Shown: positions 1 to 11,092, numbered from the stretch's first letter. The stretch is DNA of 64,000 bases from an uncultured archaeon (GCA_964631415.1 CAZVZC010000002.1:28738-92737), one strand, 5' to 3'. Notes: generated from the letters alone by a model not told the origin. Numbers and translations: made by a program.

Positions 1-3000
1 ATCACTATTGTGACCACCGTGCCAGAATTCGCAAAAGCCGAGTCGGTGCTTTCCGAGGTTATCCAGAGTGTGTACGTTGTTGCCGTCAGGACAGATGTGT
101 TCAGCCAGTAGTAGAAGTAGCCGGGCGTCGATAAGTCCCGAGTGAATGTACCGTTCAGTCCTCCTGTTCGCCATGTGACAGTTGCATCTTCTCGGTAGTA
201 TCCAGGGTCTGTTTCAGACAGATTGGCGGTGACCCACACGCCAATTTTCACGATTTCGGTCCAATAGAAGGTCCTGTGGACGTACGTGGCAGTCTCAGCG
301 TCAGGATTCGTATATGTGAGAGTGGTTGTGACCGCAAGCTGCAGCGAAGTTGATACACTCTGATAGTTGTCCTTCGTGGCAACTATGCTGATTGGATAGA
401 CACTGCCGACCTCAGCTTCGTATGTGGGTAGCTGATATTGATAGCGTCCATCTCCGAGAGAAGTCATGTACTCACTGCGAGAACCAAACTCGAAAATCCA
501 GAAGATCTGCACAGTCGCTCCGGCCACCGGCACGTGATTGTATGTGTCGGTCAAGTAGACTGTGATATCCCAAGGTGAACCCCGGGGTAGGACAATCGCA
601 GGGGCGTCTGATGTCATCGACGTTGGCAGTCTTTCTACGTTCAACGCGATCTGGGCGTCAGCTAAGGCGTAGTTGTTCTTTTCAGCGTGAATCTGGACTG
701 CAAGGGTGCCCCAAGCGACCAGTGAAGTATCGAGGATTACCGAGTAGTTGCCACTCGGGGTCGTTGGAGTCATGTTTCCTGAGTTAATGTCGAAGAAGTA
801 AGTGACTGTTACTCCAGGGACAAGCACGCGATGTAGCGTGTCATTGATGAGAACGTGGATGACGATCTGGTCACCCCATTTCACTGATTGACCGTTAAGC
901 CCGGATGGAATCACGATCTGCATTGGAATAGCTCTGAGGAATATGTCAACCTGAAGCAGCTGAATGGTGTAGTTGGCTTTGGATGCCTGTATCTCTATGG
1001 TCCGAGAGCCGGCTGGCAGTCCAGACGTGAGGAAAGACACGTTATAACAACCTGAGCCAATGTACTGCCATGAACTGGTTGAGCCCCATGTGATGGCCAA
1101 TGTGGCGCCGGCTAATGGTTTCCCAGCATCAACATCAGTGAGATTCAGGATAAGATAGGAGGGGTCACCCGCATAGAAGGCAGATGGAATGGAACCAACT
1201 GACGGTGCGCCGATCCTGTATCTGACCTGGAACTGGACCTGTCGCTCCAACACAGTGTATGGATACCAGTTGAACGTTATCTTCAGCGATTTCAAACCGG
1301 CAAGCCCCGAATCGGAAACATTAACGGTAATCCTGTACTTGCCGCCACCTAACTCGCTGAATCCCCAGACATTGGGCTGTGCGCCCGGCATATAGACCAC
1401 GGTCACATTGTTCTTGGTCACGCCTGTGATAGGACGCAGATGGTCAGTGTCATCGAAGGTCATATTGACCGACACAATCTCGTAGTACGGCACTGTTGAA
1501 GGCGTTGGGAGACCAGCGTCAAGAGAGGACGAAATTATCCGGACCGTGCCACCAATGGATCTAGGGGTCTGATTGGAGTAGTATGGGACCGTAGCTGCGT
1601 TCCACAGGACAGTCAACGTAAACGTGTAAGTCCGTATGCCCAAAAGACGATCGGTATCTACTCGGACGTAATATGTACCAGTGTTCGCGCCAGTGCCTTT
1701 CACGACTGTGTAGTCAACTCCTACCTGGAGACCTGGCTTCTCGACGCAATCGAACTGGACAATCGCGTTGGCGATCCCTGTGCCGGTGTCCGAGTCCTTG
1801 TAGTAGAATGTGAGGTTCATCAAGTCCCCAAGGGGTGTGTTGTCTATCGGATTCCAGGTCAATGTACCAACCCTGTTTGTGGTTGTCACCCGTAATGATG
1901 TCGTGCCGTTCGCATAGTACGGTACCGAATTCAGCCAGTAGACCTTCACTGAAAGCTGGTAGTTTGTCAACAACCGGGTACTAAGAACAGTCGAATTGAT
2001 TCTTATGTCGAACGTCCCAGGAAGTGTCCCTGCTACCACGGAGTACTGGCCAGATGTCAGATACTTTGTACCGTTGAGGATGAGGATCTTGTCAGATACG
2101 CCGGAGATGTGGTACCCTCGTCCTAGATCAACGTAGGCTATTGTGAACACAACACTGTCAAGGTATCGAGTCAGTGATGGCGGTACTAGAATGTCGACCG
2201 AAGTGGGTCGCCGAATGACAGGAATGTCTACTGACTGTGTCCTGTTCGAGTAGTAAGGAGTACCGTACCAAGTCGCATACACGATCACCTGAGTTGTGCC
2301 AAGACCTCCCAGTGCAGTGGTATTAACTGATATGACCCACACACCCGGAGAACTCTCGATGGCAAGGTACTCTGTTCCAAGCTGCAGAGGCACGCCGCCT
2401 CTCCTGATAGAGATGCTGGCGGATCCGATGCCCTTGCCACCGGCATCCACATCCAAATAGCCGATTGTGAAGTTTGCGTAGTTGAGATAGGGCGTTGATG
2501 TCGGAGCAGAAGGACTCAGAGTTGTGACTCTCAGACGCAACTGGAATGTAACGTAGGCATCATCCCAATCATAGAATGGAACCTGACTTGCGTATGTCAT
2601 GTTGATGCGGAGTGTATAGAGTCTGCCAATCCTGAGCTCAGGGTGATTGTAAGTGTAGACTGTGAGAACGTAGTAACCGAACGCAGGTTGCCAAGAACAT
2701 GTGAAAAGCCAACCTGTACCGTTGAGAATCCTAATAGAAGTGAGTCCACTGCCGTTGCCAATCTCAGTTAACCTCAACGAATCCCGATAGTGAACGTTCA
2801 CCACAACCGATGAGTTGTACGGGACTTCGCCGGGTAACTCTGGCGAAACGAGAGTAACGCGGTATCTAATGTTGAATTGTCTCGAGGAGTCAGCGCCCGG
2901 TATGTAGAACTCGGGTCTTGTGAGCGTAATCCTCAACGAATATGTACCTGGCGAGGCCTTGTAGGTGGTATTGAGCTGGACTGAGTAGCTGCCGCCTCCC

Positions 3001-6000
3001 AGCGGTATGACTTTGTACTTCGTAGCTGATACTGGAGTGACCCCATCATAGAGCGTCACTGTTGCGCCAGTGATACCTACAGGGGAAGCTGTCACATCAG
3101 TCCAAGTCACGACAAAGGTGACATTGTCAAGGTACTGAGTCGGAGCTGGAGACTGATAGTCCAGAACCGTCTGTCTGGCAATCACCGTCACAGTGATCGA
3201 CCGACCGGTTCGGTTGGCATAGAAGGGCACGCCGGCCCATTGTACGCTTAATGTGAACGACTTCGAACCCAGCGGAGCATCGCCCACGGGAGACTGACTC
3301 GTGCTAAACGAAACTGTGAATAGCCTCGTGGAGCTATTGTAGGTGAGAGTGTAGCTAGCCAGGTTCAATGATACTGTCATCTTGGCATCGTAGGCTATCG
3401 GCTTGCTGCCACCTCCGGTAACATCATCGAAGGTAAAGGAGAACGTTGCGTTCTGGCCCCACGCCGTCGGTGACGGTGGGATGACCGAAACAAGCGTGTC
3501 TCTTGGCAGTATCCTGACTGATATCGTGTCAGTCCTGTTAGTGTAGAATGGCGAGGCACCCTTGGACCAGTTAACATACACATTCATGTAGGTGAGACCA
3601 GTCTTGCCAAACAGGGTCGTGTTGAAGCGAATTGAGTAGTAGCCCGGGTAGACCCCACGGTTAGTTTCCCATATGGAAACTTTCGAGAGGTCAACACTCT
3701 CACCTTGGAACTGCACGTAGACATGGACGTTAAGCGTTTCGTTTGTTATGCCGATTCCGCTGTACAGCTCGGCATAAAGGAACGTATAGGACATGTTGCC
3801 ATAGTAGGGTGTCGGTTCCGACCCTGTTGTCAGGGTGTACTTAGAGTCCTCTCCTACAATGTTCGCTGACGCTATCAGCGTCTTGTTGAAGTACTTGTAG
3901 ACGCTACCGGTCCAGTTGAAGTAGATCGTGAAGGTTCGTAGTCCAAGACCTCCAAACTGCGAGGCCGAAATCCTAACTGTGTAGAAGCCCGTCCCCAGTC
4001 CAGTGTCGTTGTACAGGCTTGAGGCCACAAGGCCTGTCGAGTTGATTACCCTATGGTGGACATAACTCGACCGAATTCCCATGTTGTTGTCCAAATCTCC
4101 GTAGTACAGAGAGATGTTGATGATGCCATTGTAGCTTGTTGGCTCCACAGCACTCACAAGTCTGAACTCGGTGCTATGGGTCCTGATTGTAATGGTGATG
4201 TTGAAGATACCGAACTGATAGTTCTCGCCTTTTGAAAAGTTGAACGAAACAACATAGTTTTGCCTCAACTGGTCGGTGTCATAAGTAGTGAATTCAATCC
4301 GATATCTTTGCTCCGCCGAGATGTATGTTGTCGACAGACTTCGAATCCAAGACGAAGTCATTGTCGCTCCTGTAACAGGCTGATCACGATCCGTGTCCCA
4401 GTACCTCACGTAGAAGATGGGAGTGTTTCCGATAGGAATGTCGAGGGTGCCGACAGTTGGAATAGCAGAGGTATAGGCGATTCTGACGGTAAGAGTGAAC
4501 GTCAGGATCTTGGTTTCGTATTGTGGTGCAGATGCACTGAGGTTGAATAGATGGTCGCCCTTGGACAACAGGGTGACGTTCAGTGTTACCCGGTAGATGC
4601 CGTTACCCAAGTTCTGGATTCCGTAGATGGAAATGCCCTGAGCTGCAACGGTTCCAGTGGCTATCCCCTTGTTGCGGTCCACGTCAGTGTAGTTCAGGGA
4701 GATCGTGATGTCGATGCCATATGGCGTAGTGACGTGTGGATAGCTCGGAGACGACAAGTAGCTCCTGGCTGGTCGATAGCTGAACGATATCACTAGCGAT
4801 GCGGTGGCATAGTTCGGGCTCGTCGGATCAACGACAACGGTAATCGTGTATGCATTCATGTTCAGGTAGGTGCTGCTTATTGTGAGGTTGTACCTGCCAT
4901 TCCCCAAAGCCGTGATTGTCTTGGGAAACGTGTATGTGGAATTGGTGACTGTGAACTCCGATACGGTCAGGCCATTGATTGGATTCCTGTTGTATGGATT
5001 GCCTGACTCGCTGACGTTGACACGAAGCACAATCGTGAAACTGTCCCCACTCGGGAAAACCAGATCACTCGGCTCATGGTAGAGGTACACTCCCAAGCTC
5101 CGAATCGTTATCGTGAATGTGTAAGAGGCAGTGTCATAGAACTTGTTTGTTTGCACGCATGTCACGGTCAGTGTGACGCTGTGCGTGCCTACTGACCAAG
5201 TGCCAGTCACCAACGTCGGGGCGTACGTACTGAAGCTCTGTGTTCCCAGAGCACCAGCGTTGAATGATATCCCGTTCGCGCTCACATTGGCGAGGCTCAC
5301 TTGAACATCGCTGTCAAGGTCCCAAAAGACGACACTGACAGAAGTGCTGTTCCCATAGGGGGACGTCATGCTCCCTTTGACAGAAACAGAGGTGTGGTGA
5401 GCTCTGATCACGATGTTGAACGTGCTTGATGCCGCCTCATAGTATGCATTCGAGCTCACGCAGGTGGCCGAGACACCTGTCGATACTGTTCCGACTGTCC
5501 AAGAGCTGGTTGTCAGACTTGGTGAGTAGCTCTTAGTCGGGCTCTGTACGGGGTAGCCAGTAGGAGAGTATTGGATTGCCGAAACATTCGCCAAGGGCAC
5601 TTGCGAATTCGAGTCTGTGTCCCAGAACACGACATTGACGACAGTATTGTACCCCCATGCTGTCGGGCCTGCAACGGAGGCCGAAAGTGAAGTATGGTGC
5701 GACCTTACTGTTATGACGAGACTGCCCGAGGCTGCATTGTAGTACTTGTTGGAGTCGACGCAAGTCACAGATACTCCGGTTGACACTGCGCCGACAGTCC
5801 ATGTACTCGTCGAGAGAGTGGGCGTGTAACTCTTGGTAGGGGTCTGTACAGCATAACCAGTTGGAGTGTACTGAATTGCGGACACGTTCGCCAGAGGCAC
5901 TTGGCTGCCAGTATCAGAATCCCAGAATGTTACTGTGACCAGCGTGTTGAGTCCCCAGGGTGTCGAAGAGCCAGTAACTGCGCTCACAGTTGTGCGATGC

Positions 6001-9000
6001 GCTCTGATTGAGATTGTGAAACTGCTGGCAGCAGAGGTATAGAACTTGTCGGAGAGCACGCAAGTTGCCGTCACTGTGGTGGAAACTGCCCCAACGCCCC
6101 ATGTGCTGGTCGTCAGAGTAGGCGTGTAACTCTTGGTAGGGGTCTGCACGGCGTAACCAGTTGGAGTGTACTGAATTGTGGACACGTTCGCCAGAGGCAC
6201 TTGGCTGCCAGTATCAGAATCCCAGAATGTGACCGTGACCAGCGTGTTGAATCCCCATGGCGTGGAGTTGCTCACGACCGCTGTGATTGTCGTGTAATGC
6301 GCCCTCACAACAATCGTGACAACCTCCCATGAGCTCTTGTAGTTCGCGTTCCCAGAGTTCACGGTCACATTAAGATTGAAGCTTCCGACTGTCAGACCAC
6401 TTGAGATGTAAGTGAAGCTCAAGCTACTTCCATAGGACTGTCCATTGACAGTAACGCTGCTGACGGTCACCGAGCCTGAGATATTTGCCCCACTGGCATC
6501 AGCATCATACCATGAGACAGCGAATGGTGAGTTGACGCCCCATGGCACAGTAGTAATGTACTTGCTCACTATGTACGTGTTATGAGCCAGAATCGTCAAT
6601 GATATCCGAATGGTGCTGCTGTAGTAGTTCGTCTTTGATAGCGTGACATTGATCAGGTAGATTCCAATCGGTTTTGTGCCGACATTGATGCTGACGGTGT
6701 AGCGGCCCCCTCCAGAGTCGGACACGGTTGCTACAATGCCCGAGGGCGACTGAACTGAGTTGGTTGCTCCTGCTATCCCAGCGGAGGCGTGATCGGTGTC
6801 ATTGTAGGTAATGACCTTGGACGTACTGACCGCATACGGCGTTGGCACTCCGCTTCCACCCACGAAGTAGATCGCCGTGAATACGTTGCGCAATGTGAAC
6901 TTGATGTTGACAGAACAGGACAACAGGTATGTGCTGCTAGGCGCAGCATTGATTCGATAGAGATAGTCACCGACACTGAGACCGCTTGTTTCGAGCGTGA
7001 CAGTATAGCTACCGTTGCCATGATTCGTGGGTGAACCGAAAAGCGTCCCATTGGAGGTTATCGTTGCACCCGATACGAGGGCTCCGCTGAAAGCATCATA
7101 GAGATTCACCTTCACCTTGAAGTCGTCCCCGTAAGGCGTGGACACCGGGGTCAGATATGTCAAGTATGTCGCATGACACAGGTCCAGGTTGAAGTAAGTG
7201 GTCGAGCCTGTGTAGAACTGCTTGGATGCAGTCAACTGAATCCTCCATCTCCTTGCGGTCCCTAGGTCAGTCGTGTTCAGCGTCTTTCCATAGAGTCCAT
7301 TGCCATAGTCGTCCAAGGTCTTCACGGTCGGACTACCGGAAACGGTCCAGTTCATGGTGACTGTCGCTCCCGTAACAAGAGCCGAGTTGTCGGTATCAGT
7401 AAGCTTAGCCTCAACGTACAAAAGGTCGCCCGCCGTCTTGGTTATAGTCTGACTGGCGGGGGATTGCAGGGTAAGGCTCGTCGCGTGCACGACAGTGAAG
7501 GTGCGACTGTATCTGCCAGTGATCGCGGGGTAGGCGCCCTTAGTGTTATTGAAATTCACGTCTGCAGACCATATGCCCGCCGCCCATGAACCGGTCACCG
7601 CGATGCCCGTCCATGTGAAATAGCCGCTGGTATCCTGAGAAACATTATCTGCGGCATAGAAGAGTTGTCCGTTGGGGGCGGTGAGTAGCAGCCGCTCTGC
7701 TGAGTTAGCCGTGGGGGGTGCTGCACCCCTGAAGCAGGCAGAACTGCCTACGGTGTACGTGTAGGTGCTCGCATAGCTGCCAGCGTTGATGCCGCACTGT
7801 AGGTTTGTCGCGATTACAGTATTAGTCGTGAACACGAACTTCCAAATGCCATACACGTCAACTACCGACGATTTTGCTCGGACCTCTGTTGATGTCGGTA
7901 CAGTAACCTCTGAGGTGCGAGTAGAACCGTCAGCATCCGTCACACTGACAAGTGTCCAAGTGGACGGCTTGCTGAATGAGATATTCGTGTATCCCACACC
8001 TGCCGGCGGAGAAACCAAGACGTTTGCAGTCCATGTTGTGAATGAATTATTGGACACGCTGAACGTTGTGCCGACATTGAGGCTGTTGTCCAGAGAGCTC
8101 ACGGTAGTCGTAGCGTTGAGAAACATGCTCGAGCTGAAAGAAACGTCGGTCGCATTCGTCTGGAAGTTCAGCGAAACCGAGTTGGTCGTTGACCATGAGC
8201 CCGCGGTCGAGTACTTGGTCTGCTCTGTTGCGCTTGACGGTGTCAGCCATGTCATGCTCAAGTAGGCAGCGTAAGCATCGACTCCAGCTGCCGATCCGTA
8301 GATGTGAAATCCACCATCCTGTGTGCCGCCGAAGTATGCACCTGACACCGACAGCGTCACGTAGTTTCCACTGACCCAGCTGCTGTTGGAAACCACCCTC
8401 TGGAGCAGAGCCGAGATGTCAGGTGACGTGTATTTGGTGCCGCCGGTGTAAGATGGGAACTCCCAGACAACGGGGTTGTTAGACCAAGTAGCATTCAGGA
8501 GGAGTCCTAGGCCGCCCTGTTTGAAGGCAGTGGAATTGGCGCGGTCTGCTACGTCAACGAGTATTCTTGCAGGATAATACACCGTACCGACGGTATCTGC
8601 TCCGGTAATCGTCAGATATGCGCCTGTTATGACAGCACCCTTGGGGACATACATGCGTATCTGGATACCCATGCGACCGGGACCACCATTACTCAGGTAG
8701 TAGGCCACTGATAGTTGCCCATCGTCTCCGTACCCATTCAAGTCGAACGTCTGTGCATCATAGTTGTAGCCATCTCTGCCCGATGTCCCCGCAACGTACT
8801 GACTCAGTAGCACTTTGAACGGGCTGGCGCCGGTACTGCCAGCGACTGCATCCGATATTGACGTGGAATTGCTTGTTAGATTGATCTTCTCAGGAAGGGG
8901 CCGGGCCTTCACATCGACTTGGACCCCTATGATATTAAGGGCGACTGTGTAAGACCCAGATGCGCCAAGCTTCACCTTGTTGCCGATTTCGAACTTCACG

Positions 9001-9776
9001 GAAGTGGGGCAGGTGAGAGTGGACAAGTAGGAACTGGATACAGAGTATGTCTTGGTCACCCGGACCCCGAGAGGATCTGTGCTCTCGAAACAGTAGTCTG
9101 ACGCTTGGTACGTCCCGACAGTGATGAACATATATGATTGGTTGTAACCCGTTGTTCTAGTCGCTTGGTATGTCACTGTGACTAGGACCTCTTCAGTCGC
9201 CATGTACGGAAGATTAAGGATCTGTGAGAGGGAAAGATAGTCGCCTACATCAACAGGATTATCATTGATGTTCATGCTCCAGACATTGTTTGACACAGCG
9301 AAGTACAGCTGTCCCCAAGTGGCATCATTGGTGGATCCTACTGGATCATACTTGTGGACTCGCCAGTAGTTGGGGTAGGAAATCACATCCGTGCCTCCCC
9401 TCTCTGTGTATACTTCATCGTGGCTGGCAGAGAAATCACCGTTCTTCAGAACGCTGTAATACCATGACCTGAGCCCTCTGATGTCTGACTTGAGGTATGT
9501 GCCAGTCCAACCTGTCGGTCGAAGCACTCTGGATGTTGCAGACCCACCAGAGTCGAGATTCAGGATTTGAGTGATGTTGCTCGTCATGCCCTTCAAGGTG
9601 GCAGTGCGCGCTGCACCACTGCCCGTGTAGGGAGGCTGCCCTGCCTCAGTGAAACCCTCGTCCACCAGCCCGAAACCGGCCTCGGGGACGGTCGCAATTG
9701 GACTGCCTGCGAAATCTACAGCTGTGATAAGAAACAACATGGTCATGACTATCGCAGAGATGCTACCTCTCTTCAT
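1..9776 (-). CDS. Giant secreted/surface protein with many ~100-aa Ig-like beta-sandwich repeats (>3258 aa, 3' end outside the window)
   Basis: ATG at 9776 follows GGAGG. The N-terminus MKRGSISAIVMTMLFLITAVDFAG looks like a signal peptide. The same frame is still open at the window edge (...YTLWITSESTDSAFANSGTVVTIV). The ORF track lists no stop-terminated minus-strand ORF in this frame. The protein is rich in Thr/Ser/Val/Tyr with many N-x-S/T sequons. Confidence 0.9.
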   Translation of the reverse strand, partial: MKRGSISAIVMTMLFLITAVDFAGSPIATVPEAGFGLVDEGFTEAGQPPYTGSGAARTATLKGMTSNITQILNLDSGGSATSRVLRPTGWTGTYLKSDIRGLRSWYYSVLKNGDFSASHDEVYTERGGTDVISYPNYWRVHKYDPVGSTNDATWGQLYFAVSNNVWSMNINDNPVDVGDYLSLSQILNLPYMATEEVLVTVTYQATRTTGYNQSYMFITVGTYQASDYCFESTDPLGVRVTKTYSVSSSYLSTLTCPTSVKFEIGNKVKLGASGSYTVALNIIGVQVDVKARPLPEKINLTSNSTSISDAVAGSTGASPFKVLLSQYVAGTSGRDGYNYDAQTFDLNGYGDDGQLSVAYYLSNGGPGRMGIQIRMYVPKGAVITGAYLTITGADTVGTVYYPARILVDVADRANSTAFKQGGLGLLLNATWSNNPVVWEFPSYTGGTKYTSPDISALLQRVVSNSSWVSGNYVTLSVSGAYFGGTQDGGFHIYGSAAGVDAYAAYLSMTWLTPSSATEQTKYSTAGSWSTTNSVSLNFQTNATDVSFSSSMFLNATTTVSSLDNSLNVGTTFSVSNNSFTTWTANVLVSPPAGVGYTNISFSKPSTWTLVSVTDADGSTRTSEVTVPTSTEVRAKSSVVDVYGIWKFVFTTNTVIATNLQCGINAGSYASTYTYTVGSSACFRGAAPPTANSAERLLLTAPNGQLFYAADNVSQDTSGYFTWTGIAVTGSWAAGIWSADVNFNNTKGAYPAITGRYSRTFTVVHATSLTLQSPASQTITKTAGDLLYVEAKLTDTDNSALVTGATVTMNWTVSGSPTVKTLDDYGNGLYGKTLNTTDLGTARRWRIQLTASKQFYTGSTTYFNLDLCHATYLTYLTPVSTPYGDDFKVKVNLYDAFSGALVSGATITSNGTLFGSPTNHGNGSYTVTLETSGLSVGDYLYRINAAPSSTYLLSCSVNIKFTLRNVFTAIYFVGGSGVPTPYAVSTSKVITYNDTDHASAGIAGATNSVQSPSGIVATVSDSGGGRYTVSINVGTKPIGIYLINVTLSKTNYYSSTIRISLTILAHNTYIVSKYITTVPWGVNSPFAVSWYDADASGANISGSVTVSSVTVNGQSYGSSLSFTYISSGLTVGSFNLNVTVNSGNANYKSSWEVVTIVVRAHYTTITAVVSNSTPWGFNTLVTVTFWDSDTGSQVPLANVSTIQYTPTGYAVQTPTKSYTPTLTTSTWGVGAVSTTVTATCVLSDKFYTSAASSFTISIRAHRTTVSAVTGSSTPWGLNTLVTVTFWDSDTGSQVPLANVSAIQYTPTGYAVQTPTKSYTPTLSTSTWTVGAVSTGVSVTCVDSNKYYNAASGSLVITVRSHHTSLSASVAGPTAWGYNTVVNVVFWDTDSNSQVPLANVSAIQYSPTGYPVQSPTKSYSPSLTTSSWTVGTVSTGVSATCVSSNAYYEAASSTFNIVIRAHHTSVSVKGSMTSPYGNSTSVSVVFWDLDSDVQVSLANVSANGISFNAGALGTQSFSTYAPTLVTGTWSVGTHSVTLTVTCVQTNKFYDTASYTFTITIRSLGVYLYHEPSDLVFPSGDSFTIVLRVNVSESGNPYNRNPINGLTVSEFTVTNSTYTFPKTITALGNGRYNLTISSTYLNMNAYTITVVVDPTSPNYATASLVISFSYRPARSYLSSPSYPHVTTPYGIDITISLNYTDVDRNKGIATGTVAAQGISIYGIQNLGNGIYRVTLNVTLLSKGDHLFNLSASAPQYETKILTFTLTVRIAYTSAIPTVGTLDIPIGNTPIFYVRYWDTDRDQPVTGATMTSSWIRSLSTTYISAEQRYRIEFTTYDTDQLRQNYVVSFNFSKGENYQFGIFNITITIRTHSTEFRLVSAVEPTSYNGIINISLYYGDLDNNMGIRSSYVHHRVINSTGLVASSLYNDTGLGTGFYTVRISASQFGGLGLRTFTIYFNWTGSVYKYFNKTLIASANIVGEDSKYTLTTGSEPTPYYGNMSYTFLYAELYSGIGITNETLNVHVYVQFQGESVDLSKVSIWETNRGVYPGYYSIRFNTTLFGKTGLTYMNVYVNWSKGASPFYTNRTDTISVRILPRDTLVSVIPPSPTAWGQNATFSFTFDDVTGGGSKPIAYDAKMTVSLNLASYTLTYNSSTRLFTVSFSTSQSPVGDAPLGSKSFTLSVQWAGVPFYANRTGRSITVTVIARQTVLDYQSPAPTQYLDNVTFVVTWTDVTASPVGITGATVTLYDGVTPVSATKYKVIPLGGGSYSVQLNTTYKASPGTYSLRITLTRPEFYIPGADSSRQFNIRYRVTLVSPELPGEVPYNSSVVVNVHYRDSLRLTEIGNGSGLTSIRILNGTGWLFTCSWQPAFGYYVLTVYTYNHPELRIGRLYTLRINMTYASQVPFYDWDDAYVTFQLRLRVTTLSPSAPTSTPYLNYANFTIGYLDVDAGGKGIGSASISIRRGGVPLQLGTEYLAIESSPGVWVISVNTTALGGLGTTQVIVYATWYGTPYYSNRTQSVDIPVIRRPTSVDILVPPSLTRYLDSVVFTIAYVDLGRGYHISGVSDKILILNGTKYLTSGQYSVVAGTLPGTFDIRINSTVLSTRLLTNYQLSVKVYWLNSVPYYANGTTSLRVTTTNRVGTLTWNPIDNTPLGDLMNLTFYYKDSDTGTGIANAIVQFDCVEKPGLQVGVDYTVVKGTGANTGTYYVRVDTDRLLGIRTYTFTLTVLWNAATVPYYSNQTPRSIGGTVRIISSSLDAGLPTPSTVPYYEIVSVNMTFDDTDHLRPITGVTKNNVTVVYMPGAQPNVWGFSELGGGKYRITVNVSDSGLAGLKSLKITFNWYPYTVLERQVQFQVRYRIGAPSVGSIPSAFYAGDPSYLILNLTDVDAGKPLAGATLAITWGSTSSWQYIGSGCYNVSFLTSGLPAGSRTIEIQASKANYTIQLLQVDIFLRAIPMQIVIPSGLNGQSVKWGDQIVIHVLINDTLHRVLVPGVTVTYFFDINSGNMTPTTPSGNYSVILDTSLVAWGTLAVQIHAEKNNYALADAQIALNVERLPTSMTSDAPAIVLPRGSPWDITVYLTDTYNHVPVAGATVQIFWIFEFGSRSEYMTSLGDGRYQYQLPTYEAEVGSVYPISIVATKDNYQSVSTSLQLAVTTTLTYTNPDAETATYVHRTFYWTEIVKIGVWVTANLSETDPGYYREDATVTWRTGGLNGTFTRDLSTPGYFYYWLNTSVLTATTYTLWITSESTDSAFANSGTVVTIV
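5100..6310 (-). repeat. About four tandem 300-bp (100-aa) intragenic repeats (boundaries approximate)
   Basis: Blocks at 5221/5521/5821/6121 align with an exact 300-bp period. 5821-5950 and 6121-6250 differ at only 6 of 130 nt. Confidence 0.9.
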
Positions 9777-10320
9777 GTGGGGCTACCTCCGACTACGGCT
9801 CTTGCACACAATGGACTGGTCTTGGCTATCAAGTGGCCTGGATGTCCATCCTCACTTGAATACGTGCTCCCTGAGCTTCGCATAATAAACAATTCCGTAC
9901 GAGTTGATTCTTTTGACAGCCAAGCCGTTCCATTTTTCGGACGATATCCGGCAGTCGCATATATGCCCTTCATATCAGACCGGTCATATACGAGAACCTC
10001 ACAAGACTGGTTCAGCTATGAGCCACTCCTCGACACCAATCATCATGTGAAGCTTGGACACCCTGCAGGACATATGTCTGGTGAAGCGCCTACTGGTCTG
10101 CTTGGCAAACTCATATACTTGTTCTGTGGGGACTCGAAATCTCAGCTCCCTGTCCCAGTTTCCATGGATCACAGATGGCCGTCCAATCTTGGAATCCCTC
10201 ATGATACGCCTCATACTGCTTTCGACGCAGCTTTCAATCCGCGGAGGATTTTACTAGATAATGGGTTTTCCATGGCACTAGCAGTATGCAACCTTGCAGT
10301 CAGATGCCAGCGACGAGCCT

Positions 10321-11034
10321 TCAAGGAACCGAAACCAAGTAGTCATGGTAGCCGATGAAACGGTAACCCAGTCGATCCTTCATGTCCTCAAGCAGCTTGT
10401 AGACCTTGTCGGTGCGGTGGTCCAATGGATGCACACCAACCTGCACCGGACCGCCAAGCTCGAGTTCGAGGAAGGAGTCAACAAAGGAGGTCTTGGCCGT
10501 GCCCTCACTGACTAGGTAGTTGGCGGTGGTGAGGACTCTTGAATCAGCATGAGAGTACAGTTTCTTGCCAACAACGCAGTACTCGAACCCCACCTCCTTT
10601 GAGATGCCAACAATCTTGACAGGTGCCTGCCAGAGCGGCGGCACAAAACCGCTGGGCCTGCGATTCATTCCCCTCTCTATTGCCTCGAATCCGGATCGAA
10701 GTCTTGCAGCTGCCCGGTCGGGAGATATCTTGTTGAACTCATCGCCGGCGCCTGACTTCGAAAGATGTGAATAGCCGTGCATCGATATCTCGAAGCCAAG
10801 CGACTGGATGTACTCACAGAAGAGATCATTCTTCTCGAGGCTGTGGACCATTCTCATGCCGTAGAAAGGTGTGACAAGAAGGGTCAGACTTTCCATTCCC
10901 AAGTCAGCCATTCTATCGCATGACTTGACAACATCGTCTTCGAAGGCAGGGCTGACGTCATGGAGTGACAGAAGAGCAGTATTGTCTCGGACTCTCTCTT
11001 CAGTCTTGCCCACTCTATCTGTTCTCCTCGTCAT
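10321..11034 (-). CDS. Polysaccharide deacetylase-like protein (DUF2334/NodB-like)
   Basis: LHDVSP, MHGYSH, GFVPP.W and late VHP motifs. Confidence 0.8.
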   Translation of the reverse strand: MTRRTDRVGKTEERVRDNTALLSLHDVSPAFEDDVVKSCDRMADLGMESLTLLVTPFYGMRMVHSLEKNDLFCEYIQSLGFEISMHGYSHLSKSGAGDEFNKISPDRAAARLRSGFEAIERGMNRRPSGFVPPLWQAPVKIVGISKEVGFEYCVVGKKLYSHADSRVLTTANYLVSEGTAKTSFVDSFLELELGGPVQVGVHPLDHRTDKVYKLLEDMKDRLGYRFIGYHDYLVSVP

Positions 11035-11092
11035 GATGCCTTGTTCTCAGTATCTGCTTTGATGCGTGCTGAAACCAAGTATGATGCCGCTG

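Noticed and set aside
5821-6250. Near-identical repeat pair as a DGR template/variable repeat or CRISPR
   Set aside because: The differences are not adenine-specific and are mostly at third codon positions. The repeats are in-frame protein modules, and no reverse transcriptase or cas genes are present.
575-9472. Many short ORFs on both strands in the first 9.5 kb
   Set aside because: They are shadow ORFs of the giant minus-strand gene.
9567-10358. 263-aa plus-strand ORF and small ORFs upstream of the giant gene
   Set aside because: It overlaps real genes at both ends, has no recognisable motif and shows non-protein-like composition. The region is more likely regulatory.
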